This document shows, piece after piece, positions 10,047 to 20,054 of a DNA stretch of 64,000 nt (positions are counted from its first letter, which is position 1; every line of letters starts with the position of its first letter). A program made the translations under genes and the position numbers. Below the pieces are notes generated by a model. It was given only the letters and a program-made list of their open reading frames with translations. It ran no database searches and was not told the DNA's origin. The stretch is from Chitinophagales bacterium (GTDB lineage Bacteria > Bacteroidota > Bacteroidia > Chitinophagales > UBA10324), in assembly GCA_013816805.1 (NCBI GenBank), contig JACDDS010000002.1, positions 73,530 through 137,529 of the forward strand, written 5' to 3'.

Positions 10047-13000
10047 TTACACATTTGCACTGGCTGATTCAACATTGGCCTCCATCATCTGTTCCATAAT
10101 TTGCATGGCCTGATGTATGGTTTTAACATCCTGAATGGAAATCATTATATTTTTTTCCATTTGCCTCATTGAGCATCTTTTGGCATGGCGGAGAATAAAT
10201 CCCATTAACTGTGCAAAAATATTTGAATCGTAATATGTAGATTCAGGATTTTCTACAGTGTAACACTTCAGTATTCCTCTTCGCTGCTGAAGTTTCTCAA
10301 ATCCTAATTGCCTGGCAATTTTACGCAGGCGAACACCATCAAATAATTCATTTACTTCCTTGGGTAAAGGGCCGAAACGATCGCGCAATTTTTGGGCAAA
10401 TACTTTGATGCCTTCATCATCATCTATGTTGTCCAGCTCTGTATAAAGTGCCAGTCGTTCATTAATATTTGATACATAAAGATCAGGGATAAGCATTTCC
10501 GCATCCGTATCAATAGTACATTCCCGCACAAATTTTGTATCTGCTTTGATCTCATCGGCAAACAGCTCTTTAAAGTCGGATTCTTTTAGCTCTCTGACCG
10601 CTTCGTCCAGGATTTTGTGATAGGTATCGTAACCAATGTCTGCAATAAAGCCACTTTGTTCGGCACCTAGCAGATTCCCGGCCCCGCGGATATCCATATC
10701 TCGCATAGAAATTTGAAATCCGCTGCCCAGGTCCGAAAACTCTTCAATGGTTTTAATTCGTTTTCTTGCGTCTGAGGTTAAGGTAGAAAGGGGAGGCGTT
10801 ACGAGGTAACAGAATGCTTTTTTGTTAGAACGGCCAACACGACCTCTCAGCTGATGCAAATCGCTGAGTCCGAAATTCTGGGCATCATTAATAATGATCG
10901 TATTAGCATTAGGAATATCCAGTCCGGATTCTACAATATTAGTACACACCAGCACATCATATCGGCGCTCAATAAAACCCATCATCTTATCCTCCAGAAT
11001 GTGCCCTTCGAGTTGCCCGTGAGCAACGGTAATATCTGCGCCTGCACAAATTTTATGGAGCATAGCAGCTACTTCACCGATATCTTTAACCCGGTTATGA
11101 ATAAAAAATACTTGCCCTCCTCTTCCTATTTCATACTCCACAGCTTCTTTAATTTTTTCCGGGTCAAAGACCATAAGCTCCGTTTCAATGGGCTGCCGGT
11201 TTGGTGGCGGGGTATTTATTATCGATAGGTCCCGGGCGCCAAGCATAGAGAACTGCAGCGTACGCGGAATAGGTGTGGCTGTAAGTGTGAGCGTGTCTAC
11301 ATTCGTTTTAAGATGTCGTAGTTTCTCTTTTGCTGAGACACCAAACTTCTGTTCTTCATCAATAATCAATAAGCCCAGATCTTTAAACTTTATTTTTTGT
11401 CCCAGCAAAGAAGAGGTGCCTATAATAATATCGATTTGGCCCTGCTCCAGCTTTGCAATAGTTTCCTTTTGTTGCTTCGAAGATTTAAAACGGTTTATGT
11501 AATCAATAGTACAGGGGAATTCTTTTAAGCGGTCTGAAAAGGTCTTATAATGCTGAAGAGCAAGAATGGTGGTTGGCACCAGTAAGGCTACCTGCCTGCT
11601 ATCCGCCACAGCTTTAAAGGCTGCCCTTACTGCTACTTCTGTTTTTCCGAAACCAACATCACCGCATACCAGGCGGTCCATCGGGAAACTTTTTTCCATA
11701 TCCCGCTTGGTATCATTTGTTGCCTTTAACTGATCAGGGGTATCCTCATAAATAAAGCTTGCTTCCAGCTCCGTTTGCAGATAGGAATCTGGTGAAAATG
11801 CAAAACCCGTGGTTGCTTTCCTTTTAGCATACAGCTCAATCAGCTCCTTCGCAATGTCCTTAACCTTCGATTTTGTTTTCCGCTTCAGTGATTCCCAAAC
11901 ATCTGTACCCAGCTTATTCACCCTTGGAGCCGTTCCCTCTTTCCCTACATATTTGCTGATCTTATGAAGTGACTGAATATTGACATATAATAAATCATTA
12001 TCGCGGTAAATCAGCCGTACTGCTTCCTGCAATTGTCCGCTTTCATTGCCATCCGCATTTCTCTGGGCAATTTTTTCAAGTCCGCTAAAAACACCCACGC
12101 CATAATCGATATGAGTTACAAAATCTCCGGGCCGTAGTTCGCGAAGCATTTTCAGTGTAAGCGACTTGCTTCTTGAATAGCCTTCTTTCAGATGATACCG
12201 GTGATACCGCTCGAAAATCTGGTGATCGGTGTAACAGGCGATCTTGTTGTTTTTATCTATAAATCCCTCTCGTATGGCAAATGGAACAGGCTGATAAATG
12301 ATATTGGCTTTTAAATCCTCAAAGATGGCATCGAGCCTCTGAAACTGATTGGTATTATCAGAAAAAAGCAGAATTTGAAAACGGTCCTCTTTATATTTTT
12401 GCCAGTAATTAATTAAAAGATTAAAATTTTTATTTACACTTGGCTGCGGCTCCATATCAAACCTTATCCAGTCATCTTTTGGGAAGAAAAATTGCTTGCC
12501 AAATTCAATAGTTGTAAACTTTTCCGCTTTGGAGCTCATCCAATCTCCATCTATGAAAAAGGTTGAGGGGGCATCTTTCAGAAAAAAATCATCACCGGAA
12601 TGAGTTACTTTTTGTACCTGTTCATATAATTCCTGTGCTTTTTGAAAAGAAGATTCGATCCGGCTTATAGCAAATTGTACATCCTGGAACCAAACGATAG
12701 TTTGTGTGGGAATAAAATCAAACAAAGAAATTTTTTCTTCCCCTGAGAACTGTGTCTGGATATTTGGAACAATGGTTACCTGTGCAATTTTTCGCTGCGA
12801 TAACTGTGACAATGGATCGAAAACTCGTATCGATTCTACTTCATTACCGAATAATTCAACCCGGTATGGCAAGTCATTCCCGAAAGAAAAAATATCAATG
12901 ATACCACCACGGATAGCAAACTGACCAGGCTCATAAACAAAATCCACCCTTTCAAATCCGTAACTAACCAGCACCTCAATCATGAAATCCTCATCAAATT

Positions 13001-13526
13001 TTTCATTCATTTTGATAAGAGCCGTTGATTTTCTAAGTGCGTTTGCGCTTACTACCTTTTCCATCAGGGCTTCAGGATAGGTAACTATAATTTCGTTTTT
13101 TGATATGGAATTAGCAATACGGTTAAGCACTTCCGTTCTCAATTGCATGTAACTGTTGTTCCACTCATCAAAGTGACCTGGTCTTCGAAATGAATCGCTT
13201 AGAAAAAGAACTTCTTTTCCATTGAGTTTTTCAATAAACTGCTGCAGGTCATTTTGAAAATATGCAGCTTCTTCCTTATCATTTAAGATGAACAAAAAAC
13301 TTGAGGGCAGGGAAATCTCATTTGTAGTCTGTGGATGCGCAGCCGATGGATAATTTAGCAACTGATGAAGCGCAGCAGCGATAACGGTGGATGATGATCC
13401 AACCAATCCCTGGATATGTAAATGAATAGGATCTCCCTTGCCCTTTACTGAAGAGCCCAATTTAAAAGCTATATCTCTCAACCGCTCATCTGCTCCGTAA
13501 AGGTGCAGCAGTTCTAACTGGTTCAC
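10047..13526 (-). CDS. mfd: transcription-repair coupling factor Mfd
   Basis: 1159 aa. Superfamily-2 helicase motifs are present: GDVGFGKTEVA (Walker A), LIIDEEQKFGV, LTLTATPIPRTL and QLRGRVGRS. It also has an N-terminal UvrB-homology region. Size and domain order are typical of Mfd. Confidence 0.95.
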   Translation of the reverse strand: MNQLELLHLYGADERLRDIAFKLGSSVKGKGDPIHLHIQGLVGSSSTVIAAALHQLLNYPSAAHPQTTNEISLPSSFLFILNDKEEAAYFQNDLQQFIEKLNGKEVLFLSDSFRRPGHFDEWNNSYMQLRTEVLNRIANSISKNEIIVTYPEALMEKVVSANALRKSTALIKMNEKFDEDFMIEVLVSYGFERVDFVYEPGQFAIRGGIIDIFSFGNDLPYRVELFGNEVESIRVFDPLSQLSQRKIAQVTIVPNIQTQFSGEEKISLFDFIPTQTIVWFQDVQFAISRIESSFQKAQELYEQVQKVTHSGDDFFLKDAPSTFFIDGDWMSSKAEKFTTIEFGKQFFFPKDDWIRFDMEPQPSVNKNFNLLINYWQKYKEDRFQILLFSDNTNQFQRLDAIFEDLKANIIYQPVPFAIREGFIDKNNKIACYTDHQIFERYHRYHLKEGYSRSKSLTLKMLRELRPGDFVTHIDYGVGVFSGLEKIAQRNADGNESGQLQEAVRLIYRDNDLLYVNIQSLHKISKYVGKEGTAPRVNKLGTDVWESLKRKTKSKVKDIAKELIELYAKRKATTGFAFSPDSYLQTELEASFIYEDTPDQLKATNDTKRDMEKSFPMDRLVCGDVGFGKTEVAVRAAFKAVADSRQVALLVPTTILALQHYKTFSDRLKEFPCTIDYINRFKSSKQQKETIAKLEQGQIDIIIGTSSLLGQKIKFKDLGLLIIDEEQKFGVSAKEKLRHLKTNVDTLTLTATPIPRTLQFSMLGARDLSIINTPPPNRQPIETELMVFDPEKIKEAVEYEIGRGGQVFFIHNRVKDIGEVAAMLHKICAGADITVAHGQLEGHILEDKMMGFIERRYDVLVCTNIVESGLDIPNANTIIINDAQNFGLSDLHQLRGRVGRSNKKAFCYLVTPPLSTLTSDARKRIKTIEEFSDLGSGFQISMRDMDIRGAGNLLGAEQSGFIADIGYDTYHKILDEAVRELKESDFKELFADEIKADTKFVRECTIDTDAEMLIPDLYVSNINERLALYTELDNIDDDEGIKVFAQKLRDRFGPLPKEVNELFDGVRLRKIARQLGFEKLQQRRGILKCYTVENPESTYYDSNIFAQLMGFILRHAKRCSMRQMEKNIMISIQDVKTIHQAMQIMEQMMEANVESASANV

Positions 13527-13640
13527 GCCGCAAAATTATGGAAAGTGCAAGATTTTTTTGCAGGGGAAATAAAAAACGTTGCTTTTATATTATCGTGAAT
13601 CATTACAATTAAGGAAGAAAGTACCTTAGCCCATCAGAGT

Positions 13641-14354
13641 ATGCTTTATAAAACACGGGGCATTGTTTTTAAAACCATAAAATTTTCCGAGACGAGTGTT
13701 GTCAGCAAAATTTATACGGAAAGATTTGGATTGCAATCCTACATAGTTAACGGAATACGGTCTCCAAAATCTAAATTTAAAGCAAGTCTCTTACAGTCGC
13801 TTTCATTACTTGACATGGAAGTATATTATCGGGAAAACAGAAACCTGAACCGGCTAAAAGAATTTCAATTTTCTCACATCTTCGCTGTACTGCCCTTCGA
13901 TCTGCTGAAGAGTTCCATCGGACTGTTTATGATTGAAGTGCTGCAAAAGTCTATTCATGAAGAAGAAAAAAATACTTCATTGTTTTATTTTATTTATGAA
14001 AAAATTAAATCTCTTGATCAGAATACCAGGATACCATCAAATTTTTTAATACAATTCCTGATAGAGCTTTCCATTTATCTTGGCTTTTTCCCCAATGGAA
14101 AATTTTCCAAAGAAACACCTTACTTCGATTTAAGTGAAGGTACCTTTGTTACCTCTCACCAAAATAATGTTGCATTATTAGATTCTTCGGTTACCAAAAT
14201 GCTGTCTGCACAAATTCTAAAAACACCTGTTGTAATTTCTTCCGTGCAACGAAAAATTTTACTTGATACCTTGCTGCAATATTATCAGATACACATTCCA
14301 AATTTCTCGCGTCCCAAATCGCTTCAGATTCTTGAAGAAGTATTCAGAAACTAA
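13641..14354 (+). CDS. recO: DNA repair protein RecO
   Basis: 237 aa. The N-terminal OB-fold signature (MLYKTRGIVFKTIKFSETSVVSKIYTERFGLQSYIVNGIRS) and the length match RecO. It is divergent from mfd. Confidence 0.85.
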   Translation: MLYKTRGIVFKTIKFSETSVVSKIYTERFGLQSYIVNGIRSPKSKFKASLLQSLSLLDMEVYYRENRNLNRLKEFQFSHIFAVLPFDLLKSSIGLFMIEVLQKSIHEEEKNTSLFYFIYEKIKSLDQNTRIPSNFLIQFLIELSIYLGFFPNGKFSKETPYFDLSEGTFVTSHQNNVALLDSSVTKMLSAQILKTPVVISSVQRKILLDTLLQYYQIHIPNFSRPKSLQILEEVFRN

Positions 14355-14362
14355 CAGGATTT

Positions 14363-15550
14363 GTGATGAAGAAGATTATTACACCCACGATCTTACTGCT
14401 TTCTATAGTAAGCCTGCTCACTGACGTATCGAGTGAAATGCTGTATCCCGTAATGCCGCTGTTTCTACAATCAATCGGATTTTCAACCATTATCATTGGA
14501 GTTTTAGAAGGATTTGCAGAAGCAATAGCCGGAATAAGTAAAATTTATTTTGGCAGGATTTCAGATTCTAAGGAAAGGCGAATGCCATTTGTGCGAATGG
14601 GATATTTTTTAAGCTCCATTTCGAAGCCAATGATGGCTGTCTTTTCTTTTCCCCTGTGGATTTTTCTTGCCCGTACCATCGACCGTCTTGGAAAAGGAAT
14701 TCGTACCGGCGCACGTGATGCAATTCTTTCCGATGAAACCACTCCAGAAAATAAAGGCACCGTCTTCGGCTTCCATCGGGCCCTGGATACGTCGGGTGCT
14801 GCCCTCGGACCATTTGTAGCCTTAATCTTTCTACAATATCATCCAGGTAAATATGCCCCCCTTTTCCTTATAGCTTTTATACCGGCAACATTAAGCTTGC
14901 TCTTAACATTAGTTATAAGAGAAAGGCATAAAACAATCATTATTGAAAAGGGCAAATCATCTCCCGCTGAAAAATTCTTTTACTGGCGGAATTCTTCGTT
15001 ATCCTTTCGCAAGCTAATGGTTGCATTACTTTTTTTCGGATTAATAAACAGCTCTGACGTTTTTCTTTTGCTTCGCGCAAAAACAGTTGCAGGAAATGAT
15101 TCTTCCGTATTAATCATTTATATCTTTTACAACATTGTATTTGCTTTATTCTCTCTGCCGGCAGGAAGACTTTCTGATAAAATAGGAATGAAAAAAATGA
15201 TTACAGCCGGCTTCATAATTTTTGCCGTGGCGTATGGAGGAATGGCCTTCACCCAAAACATGGTTGCAATAGCCATTATGTTTTTTTTATATGGCATCTA
15301 TGCTGCTGCAACAGAAGGCATATCAAAAGCCTTGATCAGCAATATTGTTCCAAAAAGTGAAACAGCAAGTGCAATTGGGTTTTACACAGGTTGGAATTCG
15401 ATTGCTGCGCTTATTGCAAGCTCTGTGGCAGGAATAATATGGTATAAGGTATCTCCTGAAGCAACTTTTGCATTAAGTGCCGCTGGTGCAATGCTCACAG
15501 CAATACTCCTCGGCAGCATGTCGCTTAAGGAAAGAAGTGCTGTCAGATAA
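14363..15550 (+). CDS. MFS transporter
   Basis: 395 aa with about 12 predicted hydrophobic helices. It has an MFS-type loop motif (DRLGKGIRTGARDA) and a second-half motif (GRLSDKIGMKK). Confidence 0.8.
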   Translation: MMKKIITPTILLLSIVSLLTDVSSEMLYPVMPLFLQSIGFSTIIIGVLEGFAEAIAGISKIYFGRISDSKERRMPFVRMGYFLSSISKPMMAVFSFPLWIFLARTIDRLGKGIRTGARDAILSDETTPENKGTVFGFHRALDTSGAALGPFVALIFLQYHPGKYAPLFLIAFIPATLSLLLTLVIRERHKTIIIEKGKSSPAEKFFYWRNSSLSFRKLMVALLFFGLINSSDVFLLLRAKTVAGNDSSVLIIYIFYNIVFALFSLPAGRLSDKIGMKKMITAGFIIFAVAYGGMAFTQNMVAIAIMFFLYGIYAAATEGISKALISNIVPKSETASAIGFYTGWNSIAALIASSVAGIIWYKVSPEATFALSAAGAMLTAILLGSMSLKERSAVR

Positions 15551-15588
15551 TTTTTATTTTCTAATTATTCTTAACAGCATTCAGCATG

Positions 15589-16317
15589 CTATCCATATAA
15601 TTCTACGTGGATATCTTTTTTATTATAACCCATTGCAGCAATTCTGACTTTCGCCTCATCAACCATATTGCGCCAGCCGCACAGATAGTAATTAGCCGGC
15701 CTTTTATCTGAAAAGAGTTTTTCGTACACCGCATGAACATACCCTTTATGTCCACTATAATCCGGTGAGTATTCTCTGGACAGTGCAGGTATAAATTTAA
15801 ATTGCGGAAGCTGATGGTGAATTGCCTCAATTTCCTGCCGGTACAGGATATCTTTTAAGTACCGTGTACCGAAAATCAAGTTGATATTCCGGGTTGCCCG
15901 CGGGTGATTGATTTCATCATAAAGCATAGAACGAAAAGGAGCAATGCCAGTTCCTGTCGCAATAAAACAAAGGTCGGTATCAATAACATCAGGTAATATA
16001 AAGTTGCCTGCAGGTCCTTTGAATGGAATAGTTGATCCAATTCTGACTTTGCTCCATAAATAGTTTGTCGCCGATCCCTGAGGAACATAGACAATAACTA
16101 ACTCAAATTCATTACTGCCATTTGGAGGCGATGCCATAGAATAACTTCGCCAGCGCCGGTTTTTCTTTTCATGGATGGGAAGATCAAAGGTTATAAATTG
16201 TCCTGCCTTAAAATTAAATACTTCAAGTTCCGGGACTTTGAAGAAAAATCTTTTTGTGTTTTCTGTCTCATCTATAATATTTGTTACTTCTGCTGAAAAC
16301 CATTTTCCCAAAGCCAT
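15589..16317 (-). CDS. FNR-family FAD/NAD(P)-binding oxidoreductase (ferredoxin-NADP reductase-like)
   Basis: 242 aa. It has the FAD-binding RxYS motif (RSYSMAS) and the NAD(P)-binding motif GTGIAPFRSM, with C-terminal YLCG. There is no Fe-S domain. Confidence 0.8.
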   Translation of the reverse strand: MALGKWFSAEVTNIIDETENTKRFFFKVPELEVFNFKAGQFITFDLPIHEKKNRRWRSYSMASPPNGSNEFELVIVYVPQGSATNYLWSKVRIGSTIPFKGPAGNFILPDVIDTDLCFIATGTGIAPFRSMLYDEINHPRATRNINLIFGTRYLKDILYRQEIEAIHHQLPQFKFIPALSREYSPDYSGHKGYVHAVYEKLFSDKRPANYYLCGWRNMVDEAKVRIAAMGYNKKDIHVELYG

Positions 16318-16406
16318 TTTATCCTCGTTTTAACAGGAATACAACGACAGGGGAAATAAGAATGTTCAACTCCAGGGATGGTTGCGATGCAGAATCTATA
16401 AGCCTG

Positions 16407-16799
16407 TCAATATTTTTTTTCTTCATAGTAAGGTATCTCATCGCGGGAAATTTCATCTCTTTGCTGCCAGTACGCAAATGTTACCACATGGCCGCCAGGA
16501 GTATGAAGCAATCTTCCGAAAATAGCATTGATTGCATTGAAGGTAACATCCGTAACACCGATTGTAAAGGTTGGCGCCGTTGATACTTCTTCCTTTATTT
16601 CACTCTCTTCGGCGGGCATGGCAACTGCTGCTGGTTTTGCAGCAACTTTAGGAGGAGTTGCTACAACTATTATTGTGTAACGGTTATATTGAAGTAATGC
16701 TGTTAAAAAATCAATCCGCTCCTGTGAAACATTTCTTTCCACGATAGCGCATTTAATTCCTTCTAAATCTTCGAACTCATGATTTTTATTAATGGCCAT
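16407..16799 (-). CDS. hypothetical protein
   Basis: 130-aa ORF directly downstream of nuoN on the same strand. It has two folded-looking ends joined by an Ala/Pro/Glu-rich linker (ATPPKVAAKPAAVAMPAEESE). I do not recognise a family. Confidence 0.55.
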   Translation of the reverse strand: MAINKNHEFEDLEGIKCAIVERNVSQERIDFLTALLQYNRYTIIVVATPPKVAAKPAAVAMPAEESEIKEEVSTAPTFTIGVTDVTFNAINAIFGRLLHTPGGHVVTFAYWQQRDEISRDEIPYYEEKKY

Positions 16800-16852
16800 T
16801 TGAATTCGAATGGAAATAAATTTAAAAATAATCTTATAGAAGCTATATCCGT

Positions 16853-18256
16853 TTATTGAAACAACGAATAAATATACTGGTAAGCATCACTCATTATTCC
16901 TGTAAGTACTATTCCTGTAATACAAATTGCCAACGAGATCTTTGGAAACCATCCGGCTTTTATCCTTTCAATGGGTTTCTCATTCGTATCCATAAACATC
17001 GTTCTTACGATGCGAAGGTAGTAATACAAAGAAATTACCATGTTTAATGCGGCAATTGTAATGAGCACATAATTTCCTTTCGCTGCGCCTGCAAGAAGTA
17101 AAAAAAATTTCCCGAAAAAACCAGCTGTCGGCGGAATACCTGCAAGTGAAAATAATGAAATGGCAAGAACCCAGCTTAAAAGCGGATTGTTGTTATAAAA
17201 TCCTTTGTAATCCTCAAGGGTTTCCCTGCCTGTTAATTCGCTTACAACAGACACAACCCCGAAAGCCCCCAGGTTAGAAAAAATATAGACCAGCACGAAA
17301 AAAACAACGGATGTATTTCCGGCAATTGACTGCCCTGAAATACCAATCAGGATAAAGCCAATTTGTGCAATAGACGAGAATGCCAGGAACCGCTTCATAT
17401 TATGTTGCCGAAGGGCAAATAGGTTTCCGATAACCATAGTAAGAATCGAAAGCAAAAAAAGAATGTTATAGGAGACTTCCTGAAGATTATGAAAAACGGT
17501 GAGCAGGACAGAAATCAATACAAAAAGAATTGCTCCTTTTGATATTACTGAAAGATAACTTGTAACTGATACCGGAGAGCCTTCGTATACATCGGCTGTC
17601 CATAAGTGAAAGGGAACCACAGAAATTTTAAAGCCGAATCCCGCAAATAATAAAATGAATGAAAAGAGCTGCAACGGATTTCCATTAATCTGAGATGATA
17701 ATTCCGTAAAGTTTAAAGTACCTGAAATTCCATATAACATAGAAATGCCAAACAGCAATAAGCCCGATGAAAATGCGGATGACATTATAAATTTCATGGC
17801 CGCTTCCGATGACCTTCGCTTTTCGAGATCAAAGTTTGAAAGGGCTGCAAGCGGGATGGTTGATAATTCAAGACCTAAGTAAAACATCAGCAGGTTATTG
17901 CTTGAAATCATAAAAAACATTCCAAGCAAAGTTGATAGCATCAGGAGGTAAAATTCAATGGCATGCTGGTGGGCTTTCAGCCAGTGATAAGCCTGTAGGG
18001 AGATAAGGAAAACCCCCAGGTTTAAAATATTTTTTTCAAAGGTGATCAGTGAATTGGTTCGAAACATATCGCCGAACAAAGTGCCTTCGGTAATTCCAAA
18101 GAAACCGGCTAAGAGATTAATCAGTAATAAAATGTTGATGACACTGATAACCGTATCACTCTTCATTTTATCACCCCATATTTTTATAAAAAGGAGAATG
18201 AAAAGAATGACTGTTACGAGCAATTCCGATTTCATCAATATCAGGAACTGGATCAT
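16853..18256 (-). CDS. nuoN: NADH-quinone oxidoreductase subunit N
   Basis: 467-aa polytopic antiporter-like subunit (VPFHLWTADVYEGSP, FSSIAQIGF). It is the last gene of the nuo gene order. Confidence 0.9.
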   Translation of the reverse strand: MIQFLILMKSELLVTVILFILLFIKIWGDKMKSDTVISVINILLLINLLAGFFGITEGTLFGDMFRTNSLITFEKNILNLGVFLISLQAYHWLKAHQHAIEFYLLMLSTLLGMFFMISSNNLLMFYLGLELSTIPLAALSNFDLEKRRSSEAAMKFIMSSAFSSGLLLFGISMLYGISGTLNFTELSSQINGNPLQLFSFILLFAGFGFKISVVPFHLWTADVYEGSPVSVTSYLSVISKGAILFVLISVLLTVFHNLQEVSYNILFLLSILTMVIGNLFALRQHNMKRFLAFSSIAQIGFILIGISGQSIAGNTSVVFFVLVYIFSNLGAFGVVSVVSELTGRETLEDYKGFYNNNPLLSWVLAISLFSLAGIPPTAGFFGKFFLLLAGAAKGNYVLITIAALNMVISLYYYLRIVRTMFMDTNEKPIERIKAGWFPKISLAICITGIVLTGIMSDAYQYIYSLFQ

Positions 18257-18334
18257 ATCCTTTGTTTCTTTACTAATCCAACTTTAAGTTCTAACACTAT
18301 TAATAGGTTATGGGATAGCCTTGAAAGTATAAAA

Positions 18335-19837
18335 TCATTTCACTACTAACTGAACAATATTTTTCATAATCTCTTCGGTTCCCGGAGTTATTAAACCATA
18401 CAGCCAAAATGGAGCAACGCCAATTGCCACAATACCACAGATCAATATTCCTGCAGCCATCTTTTCATTCCATGTTGCATCCTTAAAGGTTAAAAATGAT
18501 GCTGAGGGTATTTCACCCATTACTACCGAACCTACGGCGCGCAATATATATACTGCAGTTACTACTATGGAGGCACAGGCAAGAATTGTTGCCACGCGGT
18601 ACCACGTATCGGGGCGCTGCCAGGAGCCTATAAAAACGGTTACCTCTGCAATAAATCCGCTTAATCCCGGAAGGCCTAATGAACACAACCCTGCAATTAC
18701 AAAAACCGTAGAAATAAAGGGCATCATTTTCAGGATGCCGCCGAGCCTGGCAACTTCGCGGGTATGTGTTCTGTCGTAAATCATTCCTATACAAGCGAAG
18801 AAGAGCGCTGTCATTAATCCATGGGAAACCATTTGCATTACGGCGCCGGTGATGGAGGTCTGGGTCAGCATCCCGATTCCCAACAAAACAAAACCGCAGT
18901 GGCTCACCGATGAATATGCATTAATGTATTTCAGGTCTTTTTGCATCATGGTGGTAAAGGCTCCGTAAATGATTGCAATAGTTGCAAGCAGCACAATAAT
19001 CCAGGAGTAGTCTATAGCAGCCTGGGGCATCAGGTAGGTAGCGACCCGCAGGCATCCGTAGCCACCGAGCTTCATTGAGATACCTGCTAAAAACATAGAA
19101 GCTGCAGTTGGTGCGGAAGAATGTCCGTCAGGCACCCAGGTGTGAAAGGGAAACAATGCAGCAAAAATTCCAAATCCGGCAAAAGCAAATGGGGAAAAAA
19201 TATCCTGGACATTTACCGGGATGTTCATTTTAGAAATTTGCAGTATATCAAAGGTATGTATGCCATTATCTGCAGAGGTATTAAAATATAGGCCAAGCAA
19301 ACCGACAAGTACCAGTGCCGATCCGGCCATCAGCATTAGAGCCAGCTTCATGGCACTGTATTCTTTTTTTCCACTACCCCAGATTCCAATCAGAAGAAAC
19401 TTTGGAATAACGGAAATTTCAAGGAAGAAGAACAGCATGAACAGATCGAGAGAAATAAAAAAACCGTAGGCACTTATTGAAAGCAGGATGAGCAGAAGAA
19501 AAAATTCTTTGGGTTTGTCTTGCTGTTTCCAGGAAATTAAAATGCCTGCCAGCACGACAAAAGCGGTGAGCAGGATCATGGCAACCGAAATTCCATCGGC
19601 ACCCATATGAAAATGGATATTAAGTGCCGAATACCAAACATAATCCGACTGAAAAAGCATAGGGCTTGTATTTCCTGCTGCCCTTTCATTCCAGAATTGA
19701 AATAACAACTTAAAGGATACAAGAAGTTGTAGTAGAGCTCCCGTAAATGCGATCCACCGGATCTGATATAATCCACGGCAGGGAATAATTCCTAAAACAC
19801 TTAAGAATGGAAATAGCAGTAGGAGTGAAAGATTCAT
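18335..19837 (-). CDS. nuoM: NADH-quinone oxidoreductase subunit M
   Basis: 500-aa antiporter-like subunit (FPFHTWVPDGHSSAPTAASMFLAG, YSSVSHCGF), positioned between nuoL and nuoN. Confidence 0.9.
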   Translation of the reverse strand: MNLSLLLLFPFLSVLGIIPCRGLYQIRWIAFTGALLQLLVSFKLLFQFWNERAAGNTSPMLFQSDYVWYSALNIHFHMGADGISVAMILLTAFVVLAGILISWKQQDKPKEFFLLLILLSISAYGFFISLDLFMLFFFLEISVIPKFLLIGIWGSGKKEYSAMKLALMLMAGSALVLVGLLGLYFNTSADNGIHTFDILQISKMNIPVNVQDIFSPFAFAGFGIFAALFPFHTWVPDGHSSAPTAASMFLAGISMKLGGYGCLRVATYLMPQAAIDYSWIIVLLATIAIIYGAFTTMMQKDLKYINAYSSVSHCGFVLLGIGMLTQTSITGAVMQMVSHGLMTALFFACIGMIYDRTHTREVARLGGILKMMPFISTVFVIAGLCSLGLPGLSGFIAEVTVFIGSWQRPDTWYRVATILACASIVVTAVYILRAVGSVVMGEIPSASFLTFKDATWNEKMAAGILICGIVAIGVAPFWLYGLITPGTEEIMKNIVQLVVK

Positions 19838-20054
19838 TTATTCTCTAACAGTGAATACTTCAATTGCAACAGTCAGCGAAGATTAAAAATAGATGCGGGA
19901 TGTCAAACTTAAAAACAGTAAAACTGCGTACATCAAAACTTCAAGCAGGATTTACAATCATTGAATAGGTTCTTATTATTTTGCATACTAAATATTGTCA
20001 TGAATATTTATTAATTAAGCATTGCGCCAAATTACTATGGGTTAATCTTTATCA

